From: Nannocystis bainbridge
GTDB taxonomy: Bacteria > Myxococcota_A > Polyangia > Nannocystales > Nannocystaceae
DNA length: 64,000 nucleotides
Assembly: GCF_028368995.1 (NCBI RefSeq)
Contig: NZ_JAQNDL010000005.1
Span: 448,001-512,000 of the forward strand
Direction: 5' to 3'
Shown: positions 1-10,305 of the stretch, piece after piece
How positions within the stretch are numbered: position 1 is the stretch's first letter
How the letters are laid out: every line of letters begins with the position of its first letter
The notes under the pieces: model-generated
Told to the model about the DNA's origin: nothing
What the model saw: only the letters and a program-made list of their open reading frames with translations
Databases searched by the model: none
Translations under genes and position numbers: made by a program

Positions 1-697
<697 letters not shown>

Positions 698-789
698 CGA
701 GGGCCTCCCCGGGCGTGCAGGTCATGCGTCCGAGCCCGCTCGACCCCATCGATCGACGCGCCACCGGAATATCCCGCAAGGTAGAGGGT

Positions 790-895
790 CGATTATTTTT
801 TTACAACACATTAAAAAATTCGACGAGATGTGGCCTTCATGACCCAATGAACCAAAGACGCCTCGAAATTTTGAACAGGTTTTAAAAATTTTTCC
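790..895. promoter_or_regulatory. AT-rich divergent promoter region with an imperfect inverted repeat
   Basis: Strongly AT-rich island in GC-rich DNA between divergent genes; AAATTTTGAA (866-875)-N6-TTAAAAATTT (882-891), one mismatch. Confidence 0.5.
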
Positions 896-1319
896 CCGAG
901 CCTGTGCGAGCCGACCAGGCACGGCGGAGCCCGCTCGACAGCGTCGACCGCCGAGCTGCGAGGCCATGACGACCGCTTCGGGCTCGGGACCCGGGCGTCT
1001 CGTGCACCCCGAGCCGTCGGCGCGTCCTCGCCGGCGCGACGGGCCATGAGTCAGCGTTCGATGGCACGACGGGCGCGGCCCCCGAAGCTCGCAGGCCGGT
1101 GCCAGCGGGCGCCGCGGCGGCCTCACGAGCCGCGCTCTGCCCCGCGGCCTCGGGGTCGGGCGTGGCGCCGACGCTGCTCGGCGTCACCGACATCCGAGCG
1201 CGGCCGGATACTTCCACGCGCGCGGACGACGGCGTGTGGCCGCGCCCACGTTCGTGCGGGGCGCCAGGTTGCCGGTCTGGAAGGACCGTACACCCTCCCA
1301 GGATTCGGGAGGTGTGTTC

Positions 1320-2636
1320 ATGCGAGTGGCGAGGCGAGCGCTGATCATCGCGGCAATCATGGGAGCGTGCGGCGACGACCGCTCCGCGCGTGAATCCATG
1401 GAGCTGCGCAGCTGGGACGCGGAGATCGAGGTTCACCGCAGCGATTTGTTCGTGCGCGGCCAGGCGATCTTCCGCGACGACACGATGGGCAGCGAGAGCT
1501 TCTGGGGCGGCAAGCTGCGGCTCCACCACGCGATCGCGGGCGAGCTCCACGGCGGCGTCGGCCCGGGGCTGACGGCGGCGCTGGCGGTCAAGAGCGGCCT
1601 GAAGGTCGACCGCGACCGACTCTGGCCGATGATCGTCCAGGGCATCCAGGACGATGCGCTCGACCTCGAAAGCGTCGACACCACCCTCGATCTACTGCGG
1701 CGAGACGCGATCGTCGGCCTGCGCGCGACCTTCGCCGGCGAACAGCTGACATCGCTCGGCATCACCTGCGCGCTGTGCCATTCGACGGTCGACGACTCGC
1801 TGGCCGAGGGCATCGGCCGCCGCCTCGACGGCTGGCCCAACCGCGACCTCGACGTCGGCGCGATCGTGGCGATGGCCCCCGACCTGGGGCCCCTGGTCGA
1901 CATCCTCGGGCTCGACGCCGCGGCGATCCGCAGCGTGCTGCGCAGCTGGGGCCCCGGCAAGTACGACGCCGAGCTCCTACTCGACGGCAAGGCCTTCCGC
2001 CCCGACAAGCGCTCGGCCGCGACGCTGATCCCTGCCGCCTACGGGCTCGCGGGGCAGAACCTCCACACGTACACGGGCTGGGGCTCGGTGCCGTACTGGA
2101 ACGCGTACGTCGCCAACACCCAGATGCACGGCCAGGGCACGTTCCGCGACCCTCGCCTGGCCGACCCCGCCAAGTTCCCCCTGGTGGCCAAGACCGGCTG
2201 GGACGACAAGCGCGACGCGGTCGACAAGATCACGCCGACGCTCGAGGCGCTGCATTATTATCAACTGTCGATCCCGCCGCCGACCCCGCCCGAAGGCTCG
2301 TACTCGGCCGAGGCGGCGGAGCGCGGCGCTGCGCTGTTCGCAGGCAAGGCGAATTGCGCAAGGTGCCACGTGCCGCCGCTGTTCTCGGAGCCGGGCTGGG
2401 CGATGCACACCGGCGCGGAGATCGGGATCGACGAGTTCCAGGCGCTGCGCTCGCCGGACGAGCGCTACCGGACGACCCCGCTGCGCGGCCTGTGGGCGCG
2501 CATGAAGGGCGGCTTCTACCACGATGGCCGATTCGCGGACCTCGGCGCGGTCATCGATCATTACGAACCAGTGCTCGGGTTCGTCTTGACGCTCGACGAG
2601 CGGGCCGATCTGATCGAGTACCTGAAGTCGATCTAG
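1320..2636 (+). CDS. Di-heme c-type cytochrome lipoprotein (CcpA/MauG-like superfamily)
   Basis: GGAGG upstream of ATG 1320; lipobox IMGAC; two CxxCH motifs (CALCH, CARCH); C-terminal YRTTPLRGLW...FYHDGRF...DLIEYLKSI. Confidence 0.8.
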   Translation: MRVARRALIIAAIMGACGDDRSARESMELRSWDAEIEVHRSDLFVRGQAIFRDDTMGSESFWGGKLRLHHAIAGELHGGVGPGLTAALAVKSGLKVDRDRLWPMIVQGIQDDALDLESVDTTLDLLRRDAIVGLRATFAGEQLTSLGITCALCHSTVDDSLAEGIGRRLDGWPNRDLDVGAIVAMAPDLGPLVDILGLDAAAIRSVLRSWGPGKYDAELLLDGKAFRPDKRSAATLIPAAYGLAGQNLHTYTGWGSVPYWNAYVANTQMHGQGTFRDPRLADPAKFPLVAKTGWDDKRDAVDKITPTLEALHYYQLSIPPPTPPEGSYSAEAAERGAALFAGKANCARCHVPPLFSEPGWAMHTGAEIGIDEFQALRSPDERYRTTPLRGLWARMKGGFYHDGRFADLGAVIDHYEPVLGFVLTLDERADLIEYLKSI

Positions 2637-2739
2637 CGCGAGCGCCGGCGGCAAGGGATAAAGACGCGCCGACGACGGCGCGAATGTCGACGGCCTACCG
2701 TTTGAGAAGCGGCATACCGTGACGCTTCTTCACATTCCA

Positions 2740-4863
2740 TCATTCGCCATTGCCGTCGTCGCTGTTGAACATATCGAAGAAACCGACCCCGCCGTCCTCC
2801 CGCTCTCTCTGCGCGTTCTCTCTCGCGCGCCGCTCTCTCGCTCGAATCCTCTCCCTGACGGCTTCCTCGTTCTCCTCGATCCGCTGGTAGTACTGCTTGA
2901 CGAATTTGCTCTGCTTGAAGAAGATCGGAAACTTCGCGGGAGAATCCTTGAAGAGGTGTTCGTAGTACGGCTGGATCTCGCCGATGAACCAGAGCATCAT
3001 CGTGAACAGCGCCGCTTCCGAATCGCTCAGCCCGCTGACGATTGCGAACTTGTTCTGCTCGAGCTCCATCCAGTGCAGAAAGTTCTTGATCTTGAGGTGC
3101 CCGGTGAAGTCGTTGAACTCCTCGCGGCTGATCTTCGCGCGCGCGAGCAGGACGTTGCTCCTCTTCTCCTCCCGGGAGTTCGGGAACATCGCGTACTTAA
3201 GGGCGCCGGTGTCCGTGTTCTCGATGTGGAAGAAGAGGGGGTACCCGCCCGACAGCGGCTCCTTGTCGCTGACCCTCTTGATAACGTCCACGCAGTAGTC
3301 GAGGAGCTGCGGCGTAGACCTCTTCTTGAAGCTGCAGAGGTCGAGGATCCGCGAGTCGCCCACCGGGTTCATCAACCCCTCGACGATCTCCGTCCGGTCG
3401 AAATAGATCGTGGGCACCCCGAGGTACATGAGCCGCTCCATCGAGCCACTCCGCATGCCCACCTGGATGACCTTGTAATTCAAGGCGAACTGCAGCAGGA
3501 AGTTGATCTGCGCGCCCATCGGCTTGTCCTTGAAGGTCGTGCGACGGAAGAAATTGATCAGGTTGTTCTCCTTCGACCCCTTCACGTAGCCATACTCTGT
3601 GGAGTCGATCGCTAGATCTTTGAGCTCATCGCCGATCGGCACGAAGAGGTAGGGCCGTCCCGTCGCCTCGGCGGTCCGGCGCACGAGCTCGCGCACGTAC
3701 TTGTAAAGACCCACGTTGGTGTGGTGCTGCGGTTTACCGACGTTGGTACCTTCGACCTTGAAGATCGCGTCACGTTCGCTGTCCTTGGCGCCACGGATCC
3801 AAAAGAGCACGACGATGAAGTCCTCCTTCGGGGCCTCGATCTTTGGCACCGAGCCTTGCTGGAGTCTCTGCTTCTTCACGAGGTACTTGCCGAAGACCTC
3901 CCCCATGAAATCCCCGAGGAACACCTCGTTCTCCCTGGTGTACTCGCGGGTCGCCCCCAGGATCGCCCCTCGCAGGTGGCCCGCGACCTTGACGGCCCCG
4001 ACCTCATTGACGCACCGCAGGACGTAGCTCGTCGAATAGCTGATGTAGCCGAATCTCACGATCGGCCTCAGAAGCCTCCGCTCCCCGATGAGCGCGGGGC
4101 GCAGGCACTCGATGAACGCGGACCGCGCCTGCTGCTGTGCCTCCTTCGCGTCCTCCGCGATGAGCCCGAGGATCTTGTCGCTGTCCCGTTGCCCCTTCTT
4201 TCCCGGGTCGTTTTCGACACCTGTGAGGAAGATCGACACCTTGCGCGTGTTCTTGCCGAAGATCTGGCTGTTCGCAAAGATGACGACGCCGTCCCTGTCG
4301 GGCTCGAACTTCATGACCTTGACTTTGTCGGTAAAGACGCACTTGGCGAGCTTGATCAGACCTCGTTCGCGCAGGCGGAACGAATCGAAATACCCCATTC
4401 TTCGGTCGATCTTGCCCTGGTAGCCGTCCCTGTTCGCGCTGTAATCGTCGTCGTCGACGAAGAAGAGCCCGCACAGATTGATGTCGCTCACATGGAAGGC
4501 CTCGTTCACGAGAAGGGAATAGATGAGGCCGTAGGTGTCGCCCTCCTGGATCAGGTGGTGGGTGATGCATACGAACTCCTCGATCTCCTCGGGCCTCGGC
4601 TTCAGTTTCAGCTTCAGCTTGGGTTCCTCGAGGATGAGGGGGAATTCGTGGATCTCGGGGAAATCCGTCCGCAGGACCAGCCTGCCCCCGCCGCACAGGC
4701 ACTGCATGCCTGAGACGATGTCTACCTCGGTGTATCTGGAGCCGCACCCCTGCCCCACACATTCGTACTTGAACCTGCGCCCTGGCTTACAGCCGCACAG
4801 ACCTCCACCTCGAGGAATCCCTGAATTGTAAGAGCACTTCCCCCTGCACACGTATCTTGCCAT
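2740..4863 (-). CDS. Orphan 707-aa protein with a Cys-rich N-terminus and a possible GT-B glycosyltransferase domain; candidate T6SS cargo
   Basis: Long ORF rich in Lys/Ile/Phe with lower GC than its flanks; N-terminal Cys cluster; VGMRSGSMERLMYLGVPTIYF resembles the GT9/GT-B motif; lies downstream of the T6SS left arm on the same strand. Confidence 0.6.
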   Translation of the reverse strand: MARYVCRGKCSYNSGIPRGGGLCGCKPGRRFKYECVGQGCGSRYTEVDIVSGMQCLCGGGRLVLRTDFPEIHEFPLILEEPKLKLKLKPRPEEIEEFVCITHHLIQEGDTYGLIYSLLVNEAFHVSDINLCGLFFVDDDDYSANRDGYQGKIDRRMGYFDSFRLRERGLIKLAKCVFTDKVKVMKFEPDRDGVVIFANSQIFGKNTRKVSIFLTGVENDPGKKGQRDSDKILGLIAEDAKEAQQQARSAFIECLRPALIGERRLLRPIVRFGYISYSTSYVLRCVNEVGAVKVAGHLRGAILGATREYTRENEVFLGDFMGEVFGKYLVKKQRLQQGSVPKIEAPKEDFIVVLFWIRGAKDSERDAIFKVEGTNVGKPQHHTNVGLYKYVRELVRRTAEATGRPYLFVPIGDELKDLAIDSTEYGYVKGSKENNLINFFRRTTFKDKPMGAQINFLLQFALNYKVIQVGMRSGSMERLMYLGVPTIYFDRTEIVEGLMNPVGDSRILDLCSFKKRSTPQLLDYCVDVIKRVSDKEPLSGGYPLFFHIENTDTGALKYAMFPNSREEKRSNVLLARAKISREEFNDFTGHLKIKNFLHWMELEQNKFAIVSGLSDSEAALFTMMLWFIGEIQPYYEHLFKDSPAKFPIFFKQSKFVKQYYQRIEENEEAVRERIRARERRARENAQREREDGGVGFFDMFNSDDGNGE

Positions 4864-5162
4864 GGCGCTTATGATTAAAAGAGCATGGGCCGATCGGCCC
4901 TGTCAAGGATATGGACCGGCTGCTCCAAACCACGGAACTGCTGTATCCGCGTCAGGCCCTCCCAGGCGATGCAGACGAATAGCCGGTGCCCACGTCGCTC
5001 GCTCCGGCGTCGGGCATCGATGTTCACGCCCCGCGCGGGAGGTAGGATCACCATGGGCAGCAAGCTGCGTCAGCAATTACGCCGTCAGGCTCCGCAATAT
5101 GGCGATGGTGCTGGTACGTGGTGTTCGAAACCTCCACCCGCGTGTTCCTGGGCCACGTCGCT

Positions 5163-5648
5163 CTAATTTCTCGCTTTCGAAATATCGCGCACCCGCACAT
5201 CGGACCGCTCGAAGGCCGACTCGCCGGTGATGACCGCAATCGCCGCCGGCCGCTCGGCGAGCAGCTTCCACGACTCGCCCTTGCTGCTGCTGAACAGCCC
5301 GTACACCGCGATCGCCTCCGGAGCTTTGGCGAACGTCAGCGGGATCACCGATTCCTGGCCGGGCAGCACCACCAGCGTCTGGACCACCGTCTCGTCGGGC
5401 TGGACCACCAGGCGGGCCACCGTCGAGTAATCATCCTCGACGAAGCTCTTGCGCGTCGCCGTGCGCACGACCACCTGCAGGGGTCGGCCGTTGTTGCTGT
5501 TCTTCGCGGCGCGAACCGTCAGCGTCACCGTCGGTTCCTTCGGCGTCTTCGGCGGCGCCTCGGCCTTGCAGCCCGGGAGCGCCGACGCGAGCGCCACCAG
5601 CATCGCGGCCAGCAGCGATCGGCGGGTCATGGTCGTTCGCGCCATCAT
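5163..5648 (-). CDS. T6SS outer-membrane lipoprotein, IglE/TssJ-like
   Basis: Lipobox ALPGC; start overlaps the tssM stop; NNGRPLQVVVR...FVEDDYSTVARLV...YGLF...ESWKLL resembles IglE/TssJ. Confidence 0.75.
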   Translation of the reverse strand: MMARTTMTRRSLLAAMLVALASALPGCKAEAPPKTPKEPTVTLTVRAAKNSNNGRPLQVVVRTATRKSFVEDDYSTVARLVVQPDETVVQTLVVLPGQESVIPLTFAKAPEAIAVYGLFSSSKGESWKLLAERPAAIAVITGESAFERSDVRVRDISKARN

Positions 5649-8600
5649 CCGCCGCAGTCCCTGACGGCGAAGGGGAGCCAGGGGTCGCTCTCGAGGACCA
5701 CGCTGACATCGCGGGTCGTCGGCGCCACCTCGCCGACGGTCACGCGCCAGCGCACGGGCAGCCGCTTGCCGGCGCTGGCCTGGGTCTGGCTGCATCGCGT
5801 CGCGCGGCCGATGGCCGCCGCCGTCAGCGTGAGGCGCCGCTCGGAGGTCCGCTCGTTCTCGCCGCGATCGAGCAGCCGATAGAAGCTGAACGGACCGTCC
5901 TCCTCGATCGTGTAGGTACGCGGGCCCGCGCCCGGGACCGCGGAGCGCATCTCCAGCGAGACCACCGAGCTGCCCTGATTCCACCACTGGAGCGCCAGGG
6001 TCTGCGGCTCCGGCCGCTGATTGAAGCCATACACCGCCGCGCCGCCGCTGCGCACGTAAGACATCGCGGCGAATCGCTCCTCGTGCGGCTCCTTGGGCAG
6101 CAGCTTCGGCTTCAGCACCACCTTGAGCGGCACGGGATTGCCGTCGGCGTCCCACAGCTTCCGGCTCGTCCGCTCGAGGTCGCTCGTCATCGCCAGCATG
6201 CCGGTCGGTCCCTGCAGATCGGCGAGCATCGTGCGCTGGCCCGAATCGAGCTTCGTCGCCGGCGCGAGCAGCCGGTCGAAGGCCGCCCAGAACGAGCCGC
6301 GCTCCTTCCCCTGGGCCCGCACCACCGCCTCGAGCTCGGCGACGTCGACGTCGACCTCGGCCGAGGGGCTGAAGGGATAGGCCTGGAGGAGCGGGCGCAC
6401 CAGCGGCCGGACCTCGTCCTTCCAGGCCCGCCGCACCTCGGATTCGATGTCGTCGATCCCGAGCGCGCGCACCTCCTGCACCGGCGCGAGGAAGGGCGCG
6501 TGCCAATCGTCGCTCAGCCCGGCGCCGTTCAACCATTCGGCGACCTGCTCCGCGGGGTCGTCCCCGGGGCTCTGCAGCGCGTGCAGGGTGAAGAGCCCCA
6601 GCGGCGTGAGACGCTCGTGGAGCTGGAGCCCGTCGCGCGCCGCGGGAGCGCCGCCCAGGGCGGGCTCCAGCCCGGCCAGGAGCTTTTGATAGGGACCGAG
6701 CCCGGGGTTCGTGCCGTCCTTGGTGGCGAGCAGCGCGACGAGCGGCTCGAACACCTCGAGGGCCGTGGCGAGCGGCTGGACATACGGGTCGTCCTCACTC
6801 AGCTCGAGCGACGCGTTTGCGGTGACCACCGAGAGGTACTCGACGAACCATCCCGACGGCCGCGAGAACCCCTGCAGGACGAAGGGCAGCGTCATCTCGG
6901 TCGCCGGGTCCAGCTCCATGCTCCAATAGTAATCGAGCAGCTCGCGCTTGTAGGTGACCGCATACCGCTGCGTGCACTCCCGGATCGCGCGATCGAGGCG
7001 CTGCGCCTCGGCGATCGTCATGCCGAGGGCCGCCAGCGCGGCGCCCTCGGGCTCGCGGATCGCCGGGCCGAGACGCTCGGCCGCGAACTCCAGCACGGGC
7101 TCGATCCGCTGCTGATACGCGGCCTTGGTGTAGGTCCCGCGGATGAATCGGCTCGGCCCGCCGCCGTAGCCGCTGACGATGCCGACACGGGGCCGCTCCT
7201 CGGTCTCGTCGAAGAACGCGGTCCCATCGTTCATCCGCGACTCCGGGATGTCCGCCAGGACCTGCTGAATGAGCACTTTGGACATGCTGCGCTTGAACAG
7301 GGCCGCCAGCGCCGAACCCTTCAATTCCACCGTCTTGCCGTCGAACGCGATCGTGAAATCACGGGGGATCGCAGGCGGCCTTCGCTCGAGCGCGGAGACC
7401 AGCGTCCCGAGCCCCCAGCCCTCCGTCCGGCTCGCGTCCGTGGCACCTCCCTCGCGCGGCAGGTGCGTCCGCAGGGCCTCCGCGAGCGCCGTCAGGGTCG
7501 CGTACTGCTCCTCGGTCCACAGGTCGATCGGCTCGTCCACCAACAACCGGCGGAACCGACCCTCGAGCAGATCGGGGCGGTCGAAGGCCTTCCGGATCGC
7601 CGCCAGCACCTTGTAATCGGACGGGCTGAGCAGGGCGGGGATCTTCGCCAGCGCCTCGGCCTCCTCCAGATCGATCGTCGGTTGGCCGACCTTCTCCTGC
7701 AGCGCCACGAGGTACCGCGACCACTCGCGCCCGACGTTGTCATACTTCTCGCGCGCCGCGGGATCCGCGGGCTCCGGCGGCTCCGGCGGCTTGACGCTCC
7801 CCATCTCCGGAGAGCTCGCCTCGACGTAGTGCTTGATGACCTCGCCCGAGAGACCGAGCGCGTGCTCCCACAGCGAGCGATGCTCGCGGATGATCGCCCC
7901 GAGCTCGTTGGCGTGACTCGAGTAGATCAGCGCCATGAGGTAGTGCAGCTGCAGTCGATCGCTGCAGGGGATCTTCGGGTAGAGGTAGCCCTTGCGGAAC
8001 GTCTCCTCGAACCGCTCCTCGATGTCGCGCTTGCGGGCGACGAAGGTGCGCGCGAACCACAGCCGCTCCGATTGCTTGACGGCTTGGAGCGCCGCGGCCT
8101 CTGCTTTGGGCGGTTCCATCTTCGCCCCCGCGCCCTGGTGTTTGCAAACCTCCGGATCCTTCACAGGGCCGACGTCGCGCTCGAACTTGTCGATCCGCGC
8201 CTCGGCCTCCACGATCGACGCCCGGTGCCAGCCCATGAGCGACGCGATCAACGCGGCGCCACCCACCCCGACGGCCAGCGCGCCTCGCAGCCCGCGCTGG
8301 TGATGGCGGCCGAGGCTCGTCGAGATCAGATCGCGGGAGATCTGGAATGGCAGGCCCACGTGGGTGCGGGGCGCCAGCGAGCCGAGGTAGAGGCCGCCGA
8401 CGCTCAGCGGCATCGCGTGGGGCTCGTGCCGCCCCTGCAGCGTCTCCAGGAGCGGCCGCAGGCCGTCCAGCAGCGCCCGCAACGACTTGTAGAAGCGGAC
8501 CAGGCGGTCGAACTCCTCGCCGCTGCGGCTCGTCAGCGCGTACGCCAGGTGCCCGTCGAAGGTGGCGACCAGGCGCGCGGCCTGGTTCGGCTCGGTGAGG

Positions 8601-9316
8601 GACTCGAGCTCGAGAGGTTCGTGATCGGGCCCGACCACCGCGGCGAACGCCTCGAAGCCGTCGACCTGATCGAGGTGGCTGAGCAGCACGCGGACCTCGA
8701 GCGACGCCCGGCATCGCCGCGGGAACAGGCCGATCTTGCCGCGGACGAGCTGCGCCAGCTCGTGCAGCGCCGCCGGCGGCGTGGTCAGCAGCGAGCGCGC
8801 GTCGAGCACGAGGACCACCGTCGCGCTCGGGCCCATGTGCCACCACATGCGCCATAGGGCCTGGCGGGCGCCGCGGCTGACGTCGCGCAACAGCGGCGCC
8901 GACAGCTCGTGGACGACGACGTCGGGGCCGAGGTAGAGCTGCAACGCGGCGTCGTGGGCGACGCTACCGCGGAACTGATTGGCCTGACCGCGCCAGTCGA
9001 CGTGGCTCGAGATCGCGTGCGTCTTGCCGACCCCCGCGGCGCCCATCACGACGACCGTCGGAAAGTGGAGCGCGCGGGTCGGGATCCGGCGGTAGAACGG
9101 GCGCCACAGCCCGGCCAGGCGCGACGCGAGCAGCGGCCCGGCCGGCCTCGGCGGCGCCGCGGCCGCTCGCTTGCGCCGCCACACGACGACCGCCCACACC
9201 ACGGCCGCCAGGACTACTACCAGTAACAGGCCGAGGAGCGCCCACTGCCACCAGGAGAACATCTCCGGCGCCATGGCGCTCGCTCCTTCGGCTTCGTCCG
9301 TCGTCATCGTCAACAT
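5645..9316 (-). CDS. tssM: T6SS membrane complex TssM/IcmF (PdpB-like)
   Basis: 1223 aa; N-terminal TM, Walker A GAAGVGKT, LSHLDQVDGFEAF, second TM, large periplasmic region with YPF and GPFSFYRLLD; start codon uncertain. Confidence 0.85.
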   Translation of the reverse strand: MLTMTTDEAEGASAMAPEMFSWWQWALLGLLLVVVLAAVVWAVVVWRRKRAAAAPPRPAGPLLASRLAGLWRPFYRRIPTRALHFPTVVVMGAAGVGKTHAISSHVDWRGQANQFRGSVAHDAALQLYLGPDVVVHELSAPLLRDVSRGARQALWRMWWHMGPSATVVLVLDARSLLTTPPAALHELAQLVRGKIGLFPRRCRASLEVRVLLSHLDQVDGFEAFAAVVGPDHEPLELESLTEPNQAARLVATFDGHLAYALTSRSGEEFDRLVRFYKSLRALLDGLRPLLETLQGRHEPHAMPLSVGGLYLGSLAPRTHVGLPFQISRDLISTSLGRHHQRGLRGALAVGVGGAALIASLMGWHRASIVEAEARIDKFERDVGPVKDPEVCKHQGAGAKMEPPKAEAAALQAVKQSERLWFARTFVARKRDIEERFEETFRKGYLYPKIPCSDRLQLHYLMALIYSSHANELGAIIREHRSLWEHALGLSGEVIKHYVEASSPEMGSVKPPEPPEPADPAAREKYDNVGREWSRYLVALQEKVGQPTIDLEEAEALAKIPALLSPSDYKVLAAIRKAFDRPDLLEGRFRRLLVDEPIDLWTEEQYATLTALAEALRTHLPREGGATDASRTEGWGLGTLVSALERRPPAIPRDFTIAFDGKTVELKGSALAALFKRSMSKVLIQQVLADIPESRMNDGTAFFDETEERPRVGIVSGYGGGPSRFIRGTYTKAAYQQRIEPVLEFAAERLGPAIREPEGAALAALGMTIAEAQRLDRAIRECTQRYAVTYKRELLDYYWSMELDPATEMTLPFVLQGFSRPSGWFVEYLSVVTANASLELSEDDPYVQPLATALEVFEPLVALLATKDGTNPGLGPYQKLLAGLEPALGGAPAARDGLQLHERLTPLGLFTLHALQSPGDDPAEQVAEWLNGAGLSDDWHAPFLAPVQEVRALGIDDIESEVRRAWKDEVRPLVRPLLQAYPFSPSAEVDVDVAELEAVVRAQGKERGSFWAAFDRLLAPATKLDSGQRTMLADLQGPTGMLAMTSDLERTSRKLWDADGNPVPLKVVLKPKLLPKEPHEERFAAMSYVRSGGAAVYGFNQRPEPQTLALQWWNQGSSVVSLEMRSAVPGAGPRTYTIEEDGPFSFYRLLDRGENERTSERRLTLTAAAIGRATRCSQTQASAGKRLPVRWRVTVGEVAPTTRDVSVVLESDPWLPFAVRDCGG

Positions 9317-9328
9317 CGTCGCGCCTCG

Positions 9329-9553
9329 TCATCTGCCGACAGCGGGCCAACCTCGGGTCCGCAGGCGGGCCTCGAGCAGATCCTCGAGCAGGTCGAGCCG
9401 CGGCCCGACATCGACCGGAGCGTCGCCCGTCGCCGCGAGCATTCGCCGCAGCTCGTCCAGCGGTCCGGCCAGCGCAGAGAACGCCTCTCCATCGGCCGGG
9501 AACAACCGCTCGACCTCTCGCACGAGCGCCTCCAGGGCCGCGAGCAGGGTCAC
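9329..9553 (-). CDS. Small helical hypothetical protein (74 aa) between dotU and tssM
   Basis: GTG start overlaps the dotU TGA (GTGA), with GGGAGG upstream; MTLLAALEALVREVERLFP...LDLLEDLLEARL is amphipathic and fills the gap. Confidence 0.65.
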   Translation of the reverse strand: MTLLAALEALVREVERLFPADGEAFSALAGPLDELRRMLAATGDAPVDVGPRLDLLEDLLEARLRTRGWPAVGR

Positions 9554-10305
9554 AACATCCCTCCCACCGGATGATTCGAGAGCGCGGTCAGCAGCCACGC
9601 GCTCGCCACGACCACCAGCAGCCCCAGCGCATAATATCGCCAGGTGGGCCACGGCTGCGGCAACTCCCCGGGCTCCGGATCGAGCGGCTCCGATACGGCC
9701 GAAGGATGGGGGATGCGCTCGGCGAGCCGCTGCTTGTAGAAGTGAATCTGCCCCGAGTCGGTGGCGAACATGCCCACGAAGCCGTGGCTCAGACAATAAT
9801 AGTAGACCTCGAGCACCAGCGCCGGCGTCCGCGGGTCGTGGAGCGCGTCGTCGATCGCGGTGAAGAACTCGCTGCCGCCGGTGGTCGTGCGCGTGAACTC
9901 CGTCTGCATCAGCGGCCAGCTGAGCCGCAGGTAGTCGGGGAGCAGACGCATGATCCGCTCGTCGAAATGGACCAACAGGGCCCGGCGGATCCGCTCGAAT
10001 CCTGGCTCGCCGGCGAACGCGGCCCACAGCGTCTCCAGGCGCCTGCGAACCGCCTCGCGGAGGCCCCCGAGGCGCTCGTGGTCGCGCTCGTCGAGCCCGT
10101 CGGTCCGCATGGGAGCCGGCACCTCGATGGCGCCCGTCCCGGCGCGAACGTCTCGCCACGCGGTCTCGCGCAGCGGCGTCGCCACGCGCGGCGGCGCCGT
10201 CGTGAGCGGACGGCGGCCAGGGAGGTCCGCGGCCTCGGCCGCCACGAGGGCGTCGATCTCCGCGGAGAGATCGAGGAGCACCGTCCACAGCGCCTGTCGC
10301 GTCAT
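9550..10305 (-). CDS. tssL: T6SS TssL/DotU
   Basis: FDERI...WPLMQTEF...GGSEFF...LEVYYYCLSHGFVG motif and a C-terminal TM helix. Confidence 0.9.
   Translation of the reverse strand: MTRQALWTVLLDLSAEIDALVAAEAADLPGRRPLTTAPPRVATPLRETAWRDVRAGTGAIEVPAPMRTDGLDERDHERLGGLREAVRRRLETLWAAFAGEPGFERIRRALLVHFDERIMRLLPDYLRLSWPLMQTEFTRTTTGGSEFFTAIDDALHDPRTPALVLEVYYYCLSHGFVGMFATDSGQIHFYKQRLAERIPHPSAVSEPLDPEPGELPQPWPTWRYYALGLLVVVASAWLLTALSNHPVGGML

Noticed and set aside
4866-4906. Sigma-70 promoter for the 707-aa gene (TTGACA beside the palindrome GGGCCGATCGGCCC)
   Set aside because: The best -10-like hexamer is about 21 bp away, and CGATCG palindromes are common here.
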